Origin: Octopus vulgaris
Taxonomy: Eukaryota
DNA length: 64,000 nt
Assembly (NCBI GenBank): GCA_951406725.2
Contig: OX597830.1
Span: 72,230,001-72,294,000, forward strand
Direction: 5' to 3'
Shown: positions 13,808 through 27,367 of the stretch, in pieces
Numbering within the stretch: position 1 is the stretch's first letter
Layout: every line of letters begins with the position of its first letter
Made by a program: the position numbers and the translations under genes
Notes under the pieces: generated by a model
Seen by the model: the letters and a program-made list of their open reading frames with translations, nothing else
Told to the model about the DNA's origin: nothing
The model's database searches: none

Positions 13808-15049
13808 CAGGGGTTGGACATAATAATGGAAACACCTTAAAGTTTCAAACAAATTTATTATAATACGAGGTAGGACCGCCTTTGGCAGTAATTTCACCTT
13901 GAATTCTACGAGGTTTGGACTCGTACAATGTTTGAACTGTTTCCAAGGGTATTTTTGTGCATGCTTCAGATAAAACAGTCTCCAGTTCTTGTAATGGTGA
14001 TGATGGAGGATATCGACTCCTTATTTATTTTTCTAAAATGCACCATAAATGTTCAGTAATATTGAGATCTGGGGATTGTGGTGGCAAGATAAGATTAGAA
14101 TGTTTCTCGTGCTATTCATTAACAAATTTAGCTGTGTTAATTGGTGCATTATCATCCCGAAAGATTGCGCTTCTCTCCGGAAACAGTTCCGCAACCACAG
14201 GATGAATTAGATCGGATAAAATGCTTAGATAGTCTTGACTATTAATTCTGACATGAAGGGAAACCATTGGGCCGGCGAATTTCCATGATACAGCCACTCC
14301 CCAGATCATCACAGATCCTCCTCCATGTTTAATAGTTGGAAGAAGGCAGTCTAGGTTAAATGCATCTTTTGGTTGTCTCCACACGTATACTCGGCCGGTG
14401 GTCGGAAATAAAGTAAAAGATGACTCGTCATGAAAATAACATTCTTCCACTGTTCTAGGAACTAATTCCGTAGGATTTTACTCCTCTCTAAACGCTTTAC
14501 AACGTTTGTTTTTGAAAGTAGTGGTTTTCTGATTCCAGCCCTCCAGTAAAATCCAGTTTTGTGCAGCTTCTGGCGTACAGTTTATATGGAAACTGGGTTC
14601 TCGAGGTATTCATAAGGCTCTGTAGTAATTTTGCGAGCTGTACTTTTGTGATCCTTTCTAACATTTCGCGTAAGAGTTCGACGATCCCTATCTGAGATCC
14701 CTTCCGGAGTTTTGTTTCGACGAGGAGGTTTTCCCCTCTTTCTCAAAGGCTGTCATTACTTTCGAGACAGTACTTTTTGATACACCAAACATTTCGGTTA
14801 TTTCCGTTTGGCTAGCGCCTGCGATATGAGTGCCGACAAATTGATTTCTTTGAAAGTTCGATAGATCTGTCATTTTAATGAATTTTAATTACCTTTTTCT
14901 CTAAAGAAAGAGCAATTTTAGAAAATCATATTATGCAACACTAATAATAAATCCAAAATAAAAATAAACAAGCTTTTGACGGCTTTAAATATATTTCAAA
15001 ATTATGATGCTATGCTGTTACGTGTTTCCATTATTTTGTCCAACCCATC
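13808..15049 (-). mobile_element. Tc1/mariner DNA transposon with pseudogenised transposase
   Basis: TIRs CAGGGGTTGGACATAATAATGGAAACAC / GTGTTTCCATTATTTTGTCCAACCC, with TA flanks; HTH (MTDLSNFQRNQFVG...GVSKSTVSKV), DESSF, KHGGGSVMIWG, DDNAP, SPDLNITEHLW. Confidence 0.92.
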
Positions 15050-15057
15050 TATAATAT

Positions 15058-15573
15058 ATTAGCAGAGATACCCGGCGTTGCCCGGTTACATTCAATTGAA
15101 GAATTAGACTTTTATGTTATATTTTCTGTAATGAGCTGGAATAACTATGTTTCGAATTTCATCAAAATTGCAGATGAGGGTTATTTCCCTCTTTACACAC
15201 CCTAAAAGATTTGTAATCGTGCCACATGTATCCCATACTACTGATTTTTATGCGCATATTCCAAGATTCCAGTCTTATTGAACCTGTTAAAAGATTTTGC
15301 TCCTAAAAAATGAAGGTCATGGAGCTCTAAAATGTGAGAGTTAAGGCCCCTGTTTGGGGTGGGCATCTTAATGTCAACCAGAGAGGTTGAATTGTTGAAA
15401 ATCTTTTCAACTTGGGTGTTATTTCTATTATTTGAATTTCTTTGAAATAGGAAATGTATGTTCACTGGGTTTGTAAAAGATAGCAAAGCTACAGGAAACC
15501 AAGAGACGAATGATCACAATAAGCAGTCAGTTACCCTACCCTAGTCGTTACTTGAAGTACCGGTTCAAGAACT

Positions 15574-15580
<7 letters not shown>
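15058..15580 (+). mobile_element. Possible non-autonomous Helitron-like element
   Basis: Starts TAGCAGAGATACCCGGCGTTGCCCGG and contains AATTTCATCAAAAT, motifs I recall from invertebrate non-autonomous Helitrons; 3' boundary uncertain. Confidence 0.45.
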
Positions 15581-15648
<68 letters not shown>

Positions 15649-15651
<3 letters not shown>

Positions 15652-16068
15652 CAGGAGTGGCTGTGTGGTAAGTAGCTTGTTTACCAACCACATGGTTCTG
15701 GGTTAAGTCCCACTGCGTGGCACCTTGGGCAAGTATCTTCTACTATAGCCTCGGGCCGACCAAAGCCTTGTGAGTGGATTTGGTAGACGGAAACTGAAAG
15801 AAGCCCGTCGTATACATGTATATATATATATATATATACGCGTGTGTGTTTGTGTGTCTACGTTTGTCCCCCTAGCATTGCTTGACAACCGATGCTGGTG
15901 TGTTTATGTCCCCGTTACTTAGCGGTTCGGCAAAAGAGACCGATAGAATAAGTACTGGGCTTACAAAAGAATAAGTCCCGGGGACGAGTTGCTCGATTAA
16001 AAGCGGTGCTCCAGCATGGCCGCAGTCAAATGACTGAAACAAGTAAAAGAGTAAAGAGTAAAAAAGAG
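15649..16068 (+). mobile_element. SINE family A, full length
   Basis: GCAGGAGTGGCTGTGTGGTAAG...GGCACCTTGGGCAAGT (CORE-like)...internal microsatellite...tail. Confidence 0.92.
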
Positions 16069-16189
16069 TATGTGTGTGTGTGTGTATACATATATGTATA
16101 TATATATATATGTATACACACATACACAAGGATAAATTGATAGATAGAACTGAGTGGGCAAACAAAAATATGAGACACTTCGTAGTGCT

Positions 16190-16510
16190 GTTTTATATTT
16201 TGATAAGCCTGGTACTTAACTATCAGTTTCCTCTTGTGAAACCAGTAAGTTATGTGGATGTAAATAAATGAACACCAGTTGGAAAGCAGTGATGAGGGAG
16301 AAACACAAAGACACACACATAGACTTACTTATATACATACATATTCATACAATTGATTTCTTTCAGTTTCTGTCTACAAAATTCACTGACCAGGCTTTGG
16401 TTGTTCTCAGGCTATAGCAGAAGACACATGCCAAGTTACCACACATTGTGACTGAAATGAGGACCATGTGTTTTGGAACCAAGTTTGTTACCACACAACC
16501 ACACCTGCAC
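16190..16510 (-). mobile_element. Older SINE A copy, inverted relative to the 15649 copy
   Basis: TTCTTTCAGTTTCTGTCTACAAAATTCACT...GCTATAGCAGAAGACAC...TTACCACACAACCACACCTGC. Confidence 0.7.
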
Positions 16511-16760
16511 TTATGTATGTACGTGTGTATGTGGGGGGTGTATGTGTGGGGGGGTGTATGTGTGTATGGGTGTATATATGTATGCATATATATATGTGTA
16601 TATATATATGTGTACAAATTACATGTACATCTATATATATATATATATACATCTAGACATACATGTATATCTATAGAAATACATCTATACATATACAGCT
16701 ATACGTATACATGTATACGTATACAGCTATATATATATATACATGTATATATATACACAC

Positions 16761-16830
<70 letters not shown>

Positions 16831-16899
16831 TTAAAGCAGCAGAAAATTCAACAAAATCTGTTACTCTGAGTTTCTCGTTGCCACATCCATATACAAACA

Positions 16900-17057
16900 A
16901 TAGAGAGATGTTTTTGTTTCACTTTTAACAAGTTAAACATTTTTTGCCCATGGCACTACGTGGACCCTAAGTAAGGCATGTGTAAAATTTGAATGAAATT
17001 GGTTGTGTAGTTCTCAAGTTTTAGGGAAACAGACAGACAGACACACATTCTCAGTTC

Positions 17058-17065
<8 letters not shown>
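16900..17065 (+). mobile_element. Helitron-like (Lep1/DINE-type) 3' fragment
   Basis: ATGTGTAAAATTTGAATGAAATTGGTTG...AAACAGACAGACAGACACACATTC; a (CAGA)n tract before an AT-rich end is typical of these elements. Confidence 0.5.
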
Positions 17066-17101
<36 letters not shown>

Positions 17102-17460
17102 TACACACATACACACATATATATTTGGAATTTACAAAGAAACGAACAAAAGACGAAGACGGGTGTGTAAACAGCAAACAGGTTTATTAGTTTAACGCTC
17201 CGGACTTAGGAAAATTTATATAGGGAGTACTACTCATTTTAAAAATAGATATACACAAGAATTCATTTATTCACCCCTATATAAAAAATTCAACGATATT
17301 AGCATCATACATTAACCACCTCATACATTCTAACATTGAGTATAATTAACGATGATCGATAATTATTGAATCAACACCATAGAACACATATACTAAATCG
17401 TATAGGCTTTGCATCAAGGAATCGAGTAGCATACTCTACGCTAGTAATAGAAATTAAGAC

Positions 17461-18856
17461 ATTTTCTTTATTAGGCACTCAGGCCACTAACACAGAGGGG
17501 ACACTACAAGGACAGACACAACACCATAGTGGGGACAAAAAACACAAAACGAATGAGTATGAATATTATATAATAATGAAAGATGAATGGCTGCAGGGGC
17601 CCCACTCCTCATGCAGTACCATTTGAACATTTGTACACACAGTCATTATCTATTGTTTTTTCTTTCCTTAATTATTATTTTTTACCAAAACTTTTTCTTC
17701 CTTTTTTTTTTTAAAGCAATTAATTTTACTTTTATTCCTCTTTAACGCCTCATGTAAGGCTCCAGTTCTAACAGGTCGATTACTGGTGGCAGCTCATTGA
17801 ACTCCACCAGTGCTCCGGCTGGGTCAATTTTACTTCCGCACATGTCTCTCAGTTTCTTATAGGTTTCCCTATCGACCACAATGGCCTTCACACTCTCTGG
17901 GTACACGTCGTTTGGTAACGTTACCCTTATAATATGCTTGAACTTTACCATTTTTTTCTCCACCTCCTCGTTCTTGGAATAGGTCATGAAATTCCATATG
18001 TAACTCCCTCCTCTCGGCTTTCTCTTTTCTTCCTCCACTACCCTTCCTATTATAGATTCCTCTATACTCTTCTCTGAGTCTAGGACCTTCTCTTTCTCCG
18101 TCTCTATTGTAACCAGTTTCTCCGTTTCGTCCTCTTGTAGTTGAATTTCTGAGTCTTCCCTCAATTTATCTATCATCTTCATATTTGTTTCCTCCTTCTC
18201 TGGCTCTTTTTCACACATCTTCTCAATTATTTTTTCCCTTTCCTTTTCCGTCTCACTTTTATCATCTTTCTTTCTCGTTACCTCTTTCTTTTCAATCTAT
18301 TCTTTCTTCTTTTTCTGATTAGTCGATGGTGGGCTTACCCTACGGCTCCTCCTTTTTCTTTCCACTAGTGTGAATTCTTCTACTGGTGTTGTCTCATTAT
18401 TCTCACCTGTTACTGCCTGTTCGACCTTTTCTGTAGTCTCTCTCTGTTCTTTTCGTGGGCATCTCGCCTTCATGTGTCCTTTTTCGCCACATTCATAACA
18501 CACAGGCGGTCTTCCCTCCATCTTCATTCTTAGTCTTCTTCCTAACGTTGCTCATTAGTGCCTCTGGTGGCGTCAATCTTATCTTTCCGCCTACCTTTTT
18601 CAGCAGCTTCTCACTAGCCTTCATCTTCCTGGGCTCTACCTTTATTTCAAAGATCTCTAATGCTTCCTTCGCTGCTCCTCTTCCAGTTGCGGCTGCATAG
18701 CTGTGGCCGCCCTCTGGCGCCTTCTCCATTTTCCTCAACGGGAAAGTTTAACAACACAAAAATTAACGGTATAACAAACGATATTAACAACGGTTTTAAC
18801 AACAGCAGTAATCAACAATAAATTCTACTCACAAATACAACTCAACTTATTAAATA
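17461..18856 (-). mobile_element. ORF1-only (HAL1-like) non-LTR element with a gag-like CCHC zinc knuckle
   Basis: ORFs 18738-18493, 18527-18297 (CYECGEKGHMKARC) and 18218-17742 (same frame as the previous ORF, one stop between), then ~280 bp 3' UTR ending AATAAAGAAAAT; no RT or endonuclease; degenerate flanking repeat AAATTA(C)AGACATTTT. Confidence 0.7.
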
Positions 18857-19349
18857 AAATTACAGACATTTTAGTATGTTGTAAGCATAAATATTTAGCG
18901 TCTTATAATTTTCTTTAACTTTAAAATTTAATTTTTTAGAATATAAAATTTTACTTGTTGAAAATACGATCCAATTAGATCATTAGATCCAATGAACACT
19001 TATGCACAAATCAGTAATCTTAAATTGTTTTTTTTTATAGCAGTATATACCAGTACAATGGAATATTCCCATTGGCTATTATTTGCATGATTAACTAAAA
19101 TTAACCTTTCACTTATTTAAACGTGGTAATTCTCTTGAAAAACTTGGGAACCTGATATGCTGTCAAGTTGATTTCAGTGTGTTATAACCGGGATTTTATT
19201 ACCAACTGTTGTTTTGAAGAAAAATTAAAGTAAGTTCTTTGAATTGTTATTTGGATTCTATTTGATTGTCATTTATTGAAGTCGCTAAGGAGGGGTAGGC
19301 TAATAATGAGGACCGAACCCAGGTATTAAGCAAAAGTCCAGTTAGCAGG

Positions 19350-20360
19350 ATGTCCACTCCAGAAAGAATGGGTTGTCCCGGTCTTTTTTCTGATACCGAC
19401 GAAGAGGAAAAAAGCGAAAAAGGAAAATTGCAGGTACGCAGAAATATAGACGTGCCAAGCTTAGCAAAGAAGAAGTTAAACTTCGCCGAAGCGGCAGGTC
19501 CAAAAGAAAGGAAAATTAATCTATCAAAACTGGATGACATAAAGAAGGATATAAAAAGAGACGGTTATGAAATAAATATATGGCAGTCACAGGAATCCCG
19601 TGAAGAGATAGAGAAAAGAACCATAGTATATAAAACGTATAGAAATAAAGAGAAAAAGATAGACTTCTCATCTGAAAAGGAAGTGGAACTTTGCTTAAAA
19701 CCCATTTGGGAAAAAAGAAAATTTATCACAAGAGGAAAACGGTATGGAACCATGGAAACTAGATTTGAAACGGAAGAAGCAAGAGAACAATCGATGATTC
19801 CATTGAAAACGGAGGCGATAACTCTTCTTCCCGTCTACAGAGGAAGACGAGTTTCAAGAATCACGGTAATGAATATACCACCGGAGGTCGAACCTGAACA
19901 GATAGTGGCCTCAGTCACCGCAGGACTGGAAGAGAAACTCGAAATCCGGTACGCTACTTTTGAGGACGCCAAAAAGTGGCAAGGACAAAAGGTAAAGATC
20001 ATGATACAAGCAGACCGGCCGTCCTAGAGGAGATAGGAGAGGTAATAGAAATAGGCGACTGCCGGATGGCTGTAATGGTTGAGAGCCGGCAGCCCAGGTG
20101 TTTTACCTGCGGCAAAAAAGGCCATATTAAGAAAGATTGTAAACCGGAAGATGGGAAGAAAAAGGAAGAGACCCTAAAACCAACGACACAGGTAACTGTA
20201 ACAGCGACAACACCCATACCAGAAGAAGGGGAGGGGTGGTCGCAAACAGCTACAAAGCGAAAACATAAGAATCCCTCCCCGGAGAAAACCAAAAGTGGAG
20301 GAGAGAAAAGAGAGTTTAAAAAAGCCAAAAAACCGGAAAAAGAAAATAAAGTTTACGCAG
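19350..20360 (+). pseudogene. Tx1/L1-type ORF1 (RRM-like region plus CCHC knuckle), frameshifted and 3'-truncated
   Basis: RITVMNIPPEVEPEQIV; frameshift near 20020 into ESRQPRCFTCGKKGHIKKDC, followed by a K/E-rich tail with WSQTATKRKHK; homologous in layout to the 18527 ORF. Confidence 0.7.
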
Positions 20361-21156
20361 CGCTAAACACATTTATTTTCTATTCTGGTTTTTATATATT
20401 TCTATACATTATATTTGTATCTATAATTTATTTTAAGCCGAAACATAATACGATCCTTGTACGAACGAAAGAACAAGAATGTCCTCTAGAACTTTTATCT
20501 TCCACCGGTGTTTGTAATCGATGGTGACATGTGCGAGGATTTTGCGATTATCTTATATTTTACAGAGAAATGGGAAGCCCCGAATGTAAGCCACAACTTT
20601 ATGCATAATTCATAATATATAGTTCTCTATTTCTAATTGAAATTCTGTCCTCAATAATTATGGATCTCTATTTCTAGATGGAATACTTTTTCTTCTCCTT
20701 CAAAGCTTTTGTTCTCCAGCGTTCACCATGTCGCTTCGTTACCGAATATTTTCACTGCCCTGTTTTTGTTAGCAGCTTTGACGTTCCACGTATCTCAAAT
20801 TTTATTTAATTTGCTTTGAGGGAGCAATTGCTTTTACGAAACGCACCTTGTTGCAATGCGGAGTAGGTAGAACTGCCAAAACTGAGGAAAGGTTGTTGTT
20901 TTTTTATGCTGCCGTCGCACTATACATCTCTATGTATAATTGAAATTCTCTCTTTCTTTCTTTCTGCCAAGCCAAGCCAAGCCAAGCCATTGCGTCGACT
21001 GTGGGCCTGTAGCTGTGTACAGTCGCCTCGAACAGAACGCTCGAATGCGGTGCTCAAGCATGATTGAATCAAATGATAAAAAGATAAACGATAAAAGAAG
21101 AAGCATAATATGTCTCACTGTCACTCTCCTCTCTCCGTCTCTTCCTCCCTCCCTAC

Positions 21157-21286
<130 letters not shown>

Positions 21287-21472
21287 TACTAATATATATA
21301 TATATATATATATGCCCACGAATCTGAAGGTGAAGTTAGTCTTCATCCGTGCGGCTTTATCTTTAAAATGCGTCTCTCGACGTAGTAAAGAAAATTAGCT
21401 GTCACCTGAGACTTAATCATTGTGATGCACTTCCTTTCCCTGCACACTGTTTGTGAGTATGGAATGGAACAC

Positions 21473-21541
21473 AAGAAGAAGAAGAAGAAGAAGAAGAAGA
21501 AGAAGAAGAAGAAGAAGAAGAAGAAGAAGAAGAAGAAGAAA
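21473..21541. repeat. (GAA)n microsatellite
   Basis: Directly visible. Confidence 0.95.
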
Positions 21542-21671
21542 ATCAATTGGAAGCAAGTGAAAGAAAATACAAAAATACAAGGGTTTTGAAGGAAAGGAAT
21601 CTTTAAATTTACAAGTCTATCATTATATATACATATTCTTGTGTGTGTGCGTCTGTGTATTTATACTTATA

Positions 21672-21721
<50 letters not shown>

Positions 21722-21812
21722 AGTATGAATGTATATGTGATATCTGGCGGGCACACTTCAATCTATCAATAAATCTATCTGTCTGTGTGTGTATATGTAT
21801 ATGTATATCTAC

Positions 21813-21864
<52 letters not shown>

Positions 21865-22185
21865 ATATGCATGTGTGTATATTGGTCTACATGTTCTTGT
21901 CATTTGCACACAATGTGCTTTCTTCAATATTTAATTCCTATTCCACTCATGATCAAGCGCTCGGACATGCACGTGTATTACTCGACATAAACATAGAGTA
22001 ATACATTCATACATCACTCCCTCAATCATACATACACTCGTACGCATGCTCTCTCTCTCTCTCAGACTTAATATTTTCTCACTGACTACATATATATATA
22101 CCAGAGTAAGCACATAAATGTGAAAATAGGTGGAAATACTAGTACTCGAATACTGGAGATAAAGTAGTATGCGCTATCAATAATG

Positions 22186-22315
22186 CTGCAGAGACATCAC
22201 AAAAACTGTTACTCAGAGCTTCACGTTTCTGTTCGCCGGACATTTTAAAACCGAAACTCTCCGACGAACAGAAACGTGAAACTCTGAGTAACAGTCTTTG
22301 TGATGTCTCCTGCAG
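22186..22315. repeat. ~130-bp inverted repeat (palindromic element)
   Basis: CTGCAGAGACATCACAAAAACTGTTACTCAGAGCTTCACGTTTCTGTTCGCCGGA pairs with TCCGACGAACAGAAACGTGAAACTCTGAGTAACAGTCTTTGTGATGTCTCCTGCAG; single arms also at ~16835 and ~28262. Confidence 0.85.
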
Positions 22316-22477
22316 TTTTCTGAATAATATATATATATATGTGTGTGTGTGTGTGTATGTGTGTATATATATGTATTTGTTTATACACATATACATACAT
22401 ATGCTATACATATATATATATATGCGTGTGTGTCTGTTTGTGCATGTATTCATGTATGTGTTTATTCTCAGACGAGT

Positions 22478-22860
22478 GGAGGCGCAATGGCCCAGTGGTT
22501 AGGGCAGCGGACTCGCGGTCATAGGATCGCGGTTTCGATTCCCAGACCGGGCGTTGTGAGTGTTTATTGAGCGAAAACACCTAAAAGCTCCACGAGGCTC
22601 CGGCAGGGGATGGTGGCGATCCCTGCTGTATTCTTTCACCACAACTTTCCCTCACTCTTTCTTCCTGTTTCTGTTGTACCTGTATTTCAAAGGGCCGGCT
22701 TTGTCACTCTCTGTGTCACGCTGAATATCGCCGGGAACTACGCTAAGGGTACACGCGTCTGTGGAATGTTCAGCCACTTACACGTTAATTTCACGAGCAG
22801 GCCGTTCCGTTGATTCGGATCAACCGGAACCCTCGTCGTCGTAACCGACGGAGTGCTTCT
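22478..22860 (+). mobile_element. SINE family B, full length
   Basis: Near-identical to 2841-3224; TSD TATTCTCAGAC (22463-22473 / 22862-22872). Confidence 0.92.
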
Positions 22861-24338
22861 ATATTCTCAGACAGATACATAGATAGACTGATATCAGATT
22901 AGAGATAGTATAAGCATATTTAATGAATCCTTTCTACCTCTCTGTAAATTAATTTGTTGTTAAATTCGAACAGACCAAATAGATGTGTTGAATTCTTTTT
23001 GCTTTCGTTTCTTCACCTCCTCATATAACGGCTCCATTTTTTTTATGTTTGCTGCCCATAAATGAAGAATGAGTAGTTGAAGTTTGAGAGAAAATTGCTT
23101 ATATTATCATCTTTGAAGAAATATCATAAAGCAAACCTTCTTTGACACAGCTTATTTAAAAAGACTTAATATGCAAGTATGGAGGGCTTTGAACATTTCG
23201 TAACCGTTCTGATTATCGCCATCAGACAGATACGTTCTTCCCATCTTTCTAAATCCCTTTCTAATCACAGTAAATATTTCATGGCAGACTTCAAACAATC
23301 ACCCAAGGTACATATTGTCGCCGACGCAAAAAGAACATAGAAAAAGCAAACACTTCCACCTACAGAGAAGGAACACAATTCACCCAAAGATGCAAGAAAC
23401 AGACCGTCTCAACATTCGAAGCAAATTGTAAAACTCGCCACTTTCAGATATATAGATCCCGTGCACCAGCTCGCTAAAGGCAATTCTACATCACTTAAGA
23501 ATCAGAAGCTAACTTCATTTTCCACCCTAATTACAAGGAAAACTACCTTTTTAAAAGCGGCTTGAATAAATTTTTGATGGTATCAACTTTGATAGCAGAA
23601 ATGTTATTGTTTGATTCAATGGGATTGCTGTGTCGCTGCCAGCAACTGATTCTGTGGAACTGATAGGAAATTCGTCAGCAAATTCATCGGTAATGAAATT
23701 CGTAGATTTCTTCCTCCTGTGCTCCAACTCATGACATGCACATTCCCTACAGAAAAACTAACGAGGAAACTGCTTAGATTAACCGTAAAGCAATGATCCC
23801 CGCCGAAATAAGAAGGTTTATTCAGAGGCTTCAACGGAAGTATCTCCTGTCCATTGGCGGACAGTGGGACCTTCAACGTATCTACGCTTCACAATAAAGA
23901 AGCACAAGTAAGGAGTGGTTTCATTAATGACTTAGTATATATTGTGATTCTTACAAACTTATTGACCAAAGTAAGATATAGGTCATTTCTTACAATCTTC
24001 TTCTGTCTAAATGCGTCAACTAATATAGATATCCCAGTCTCTAATTAGTTGGCATTTCTCAAGAAACGCTTGTGAAACATCAAAGAAGGTAGAAATGAGT
24101 GAATCTGTAAATAAGTAGACAAATACGTGAATGAAGGAATACATGAAACTGCAACAACATGTATTCTTTTATTTGTTCACCTACATGTATATGGTAATGA
24201 TATATGTGTATGCGTGTTTGTGAGTGAGAGAAAGAGAGAGTGTGTGTGCGTGTGTGGGAGTGTGTGTTTATGTGTGTGCGTGTATACATAGATGTGTCAG
24301 AGCATACATATACATATATGTATGCATGTTTCTATACA

Positions 24339-24840
<502 letters not shown>

Positions 24841-25211
24841 TACGGACTTTCACGCACACAGACTCACACACATTCGCACTCACACATACACTCACATACG
24901 CCTTCGCACACAGACATATACACTCACACAGATATATATCCACGTGTGTCCATATACATTCATGTATACATAGATACATGCTGGCGTTCATCCACGTCAA
25001 GACGTTGACAAGTAAAACATCAAGATTTATTACCTGAATGAAACAAGGCTGCATTGAAATGAAGGTTTCTTCTTATTGATTTACAATTCTAGGTCGGCAG
25101 ATTAGTTCGATACGAAAGAAATCTCTACCGAATGACTTATACTAATTAATCTTCCCCTGTTCACTCTATCATGACATATAAAATATGTCTGAGCCATATT
25201 TTAACTATAAG

Positions 25212-25373
25212 GGCTGGAGTGGTTACATGTTAAGATGTTTGCTTCCCAACCATACGGTTCCGGTTTTTGTCTTGCTTTACTTTGATCAAGTGTCATCTAC
25301 TCTAGCCCCTGGTCCACAAAGCCTTGTCATTGGATTTGATAGAAAGAAACTGAAAGGCGTCCCTCATGCATAT

Positions 25374-25421
<48 letters not shown>

Positions 25422-25575
25422 CTCTACCAACACTTGACAAACAGATATAGTTTGTTTACGTGCCGGTTACTTAGTGCTTCTGCATACAGGACTGACAAAT
25501 CATCTACCATGCTGAAAGACAAAATTAATACTAGGAGTTGATTTATACCCTTCAAGGGTACAAATAAACAATGAA
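25212..25575 (+). mobile_element. Old, diverged SINE A
   Basis: GCTTCCCAACCATACGGTTCCGG...CAAAGCCTTGTCATTGGATTTG...GAAACTGAAAG, then (TG)n, then a tail remnant. Confidence 0.65.
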
Positions 25576-25899
25576 ATATTAAACGATGAAATAATAAAAG
25601 TCGTTGAGTATCTACCATTACCAACAATATACTCAAATATATGCCAAGTGGCTATCCAGGATGTGGAAGATCTATTTGCTAGATATAAAAGCAAAATCCT
25701 TCCTTAAACAAGGCTTGTACTAGCTACCTTCCTGCATCCTATAATATAGTACAATCCCGGACAAGATATTAAATGATAACCATAAGGAAGGCTCGATCTC
25801 AAGAGGTCAAGCGTTCCAGAGAGTACGTAGTTAATTATTAGTCATTACTGCAACTGTGTCCGCTCTGGCACGGAGTCACCGGGCATTTCAAGAGCTCCA

Positions 25900-27005
25900 A
25901 TTTTGTAGTGTTTTCATATTTTCCAATATAAATACTGTCCCAACCTATCCTGGCGATTTTTGTATTCGTTTATTGTCAGCACACGACATCCCGAGACGGG
26001 ATGGTCTACTGTTTCGTCAAATTTATCGCAGAACTTGCATTTAGTGTCAGAGCCATTTTGAAGAAAGTTGTCTTGGTAGCTTTTGGTAAGCAAAATTTGA
26101 CATTGTGCCGCCAATAAGAAACCTTCAGTCTTTGCTTTCAGCCCTGAGCTTCTAAGCCACTGATGGGTTGTTGCTTGGTCTACATCAACATTTTGACTTC
26201 GAAGTATAAACTGTCCATGCAGAGACTTCTGGCTCCACCGCTTTTCAATTGGTTTCTTTTTTGCAGTCTGCTTGGTCCGTTTTGCTTGTTTTGTGGCAGT
26301 GGTTTCAGATTCTTCATCTAATCCTGGGTTAATACCAAATTCTCTTGTGAGTTTGCAAGTTTCCTTGACAATGGTATGTGATGCTTTGCTTCTTTCGTGT
26401 TCTATATAAATACTTGTTAATCGCTATTGTGGAGGTCTTATAGCACAGTTCTACCTGCATCATTCTTCTTCCCCCAGTAGTTCTAGGTAGGTACAGACGA
26501 TCAACGTCTGCTTTTTGGTGGTGCATGTTCTTAGATGTTAGTAGTTTTCTTGTTTTCCTGACCAGATGTGTGAGTTCTGTAAGATTCCAGTAAATGATGT
26601 TAAAACTGTATTGGGCTACTGGAAGTACCACGGCGTTAATGATTTCGATCCGATTTTCGGAGTTGAGATCAGTTTTTAGTATGAGTCATATTCTTTGGTA
26701 ATTCTCCTTTCTTATATTTTCCTTCATAGTAGAATGTTGTATAATATCTCCTTCGTTTATCTCCAGATATCTATGGCTTTCTTATGGATCAAACTCCTTC
26801 ATGGTAGTGTCGGTATCTAATTTAACGGAAGCTGTTTGGTTCAGCTTGCTTCTTACAAAAGTTGCTTTAGCACACTCATCAACGCCAAAATACACCCCGA
26901 TGTCATTGCTGAACTCTTTAACAGTTGTTAACAGCTCTAACAGCACTTCGTCATTTCTAGCAAACAGCTTCAATTCTCTATATAAAACAGATGATTTACT
27001 ATAAT
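25900..27005 (-). mobile_element. Decayed R4/Dong-like LINE (RT C-terminal half to CCHC finger)
   Basis: HLFYIENLKLFA-like decayed RT catalytic region; FSNDIGVYFGVDECA; KADVDRLYLPRTTGGR; LHGQF; TEGFLLAAQ; CKFCDKFDETVDHPVSGC. Confidence 0.88.
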
Positions 27006-27096
27006 ATCATATAGTTTGAATTATTATTATTATTATTTTTCGTGTTTGGATTTGTTTTGCAAGATTCTTTATATGAGTTAGTGTGTTGAAGCATAT

Positions 27097-27367
27097 TCTA
27101 TTGTGTCTGGGGAGAGTCATTTTCTTTTTGTGCCTTATAATGTAACACACTCACCGGTAAAATTTCCACTTATTTTATTTTCCTAAAATTTTCGTTGCGT
27201 CTTGCAACCTTTTCAATAGTCTTTTCAATAGTCAAGACTATTGAAAAAGTTGCAAGACACAACGAAAATTTTAGGAAAATGAAAATAAGAAATAAGTAGA
27301 AATTTTACCGGTGAGTGTGTTTTATTATAAGGCACAAAAAGAAAATGGCTCTCCCCAGACACAACAG

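Noticed and set aside
17742-20527. Domesticated host zinc-knuckle gene or LTR gag
   Set aside because: Both ORFs are intronless and disrupted, with no LTRs, PBS, protease or integrase; one ends in a LINE-type tail.
23550-23750. Possible minus-strand exon after TTTTCTGTAG
   Set aside because: Open frame but no recognisable protein similarity and no partner exons.
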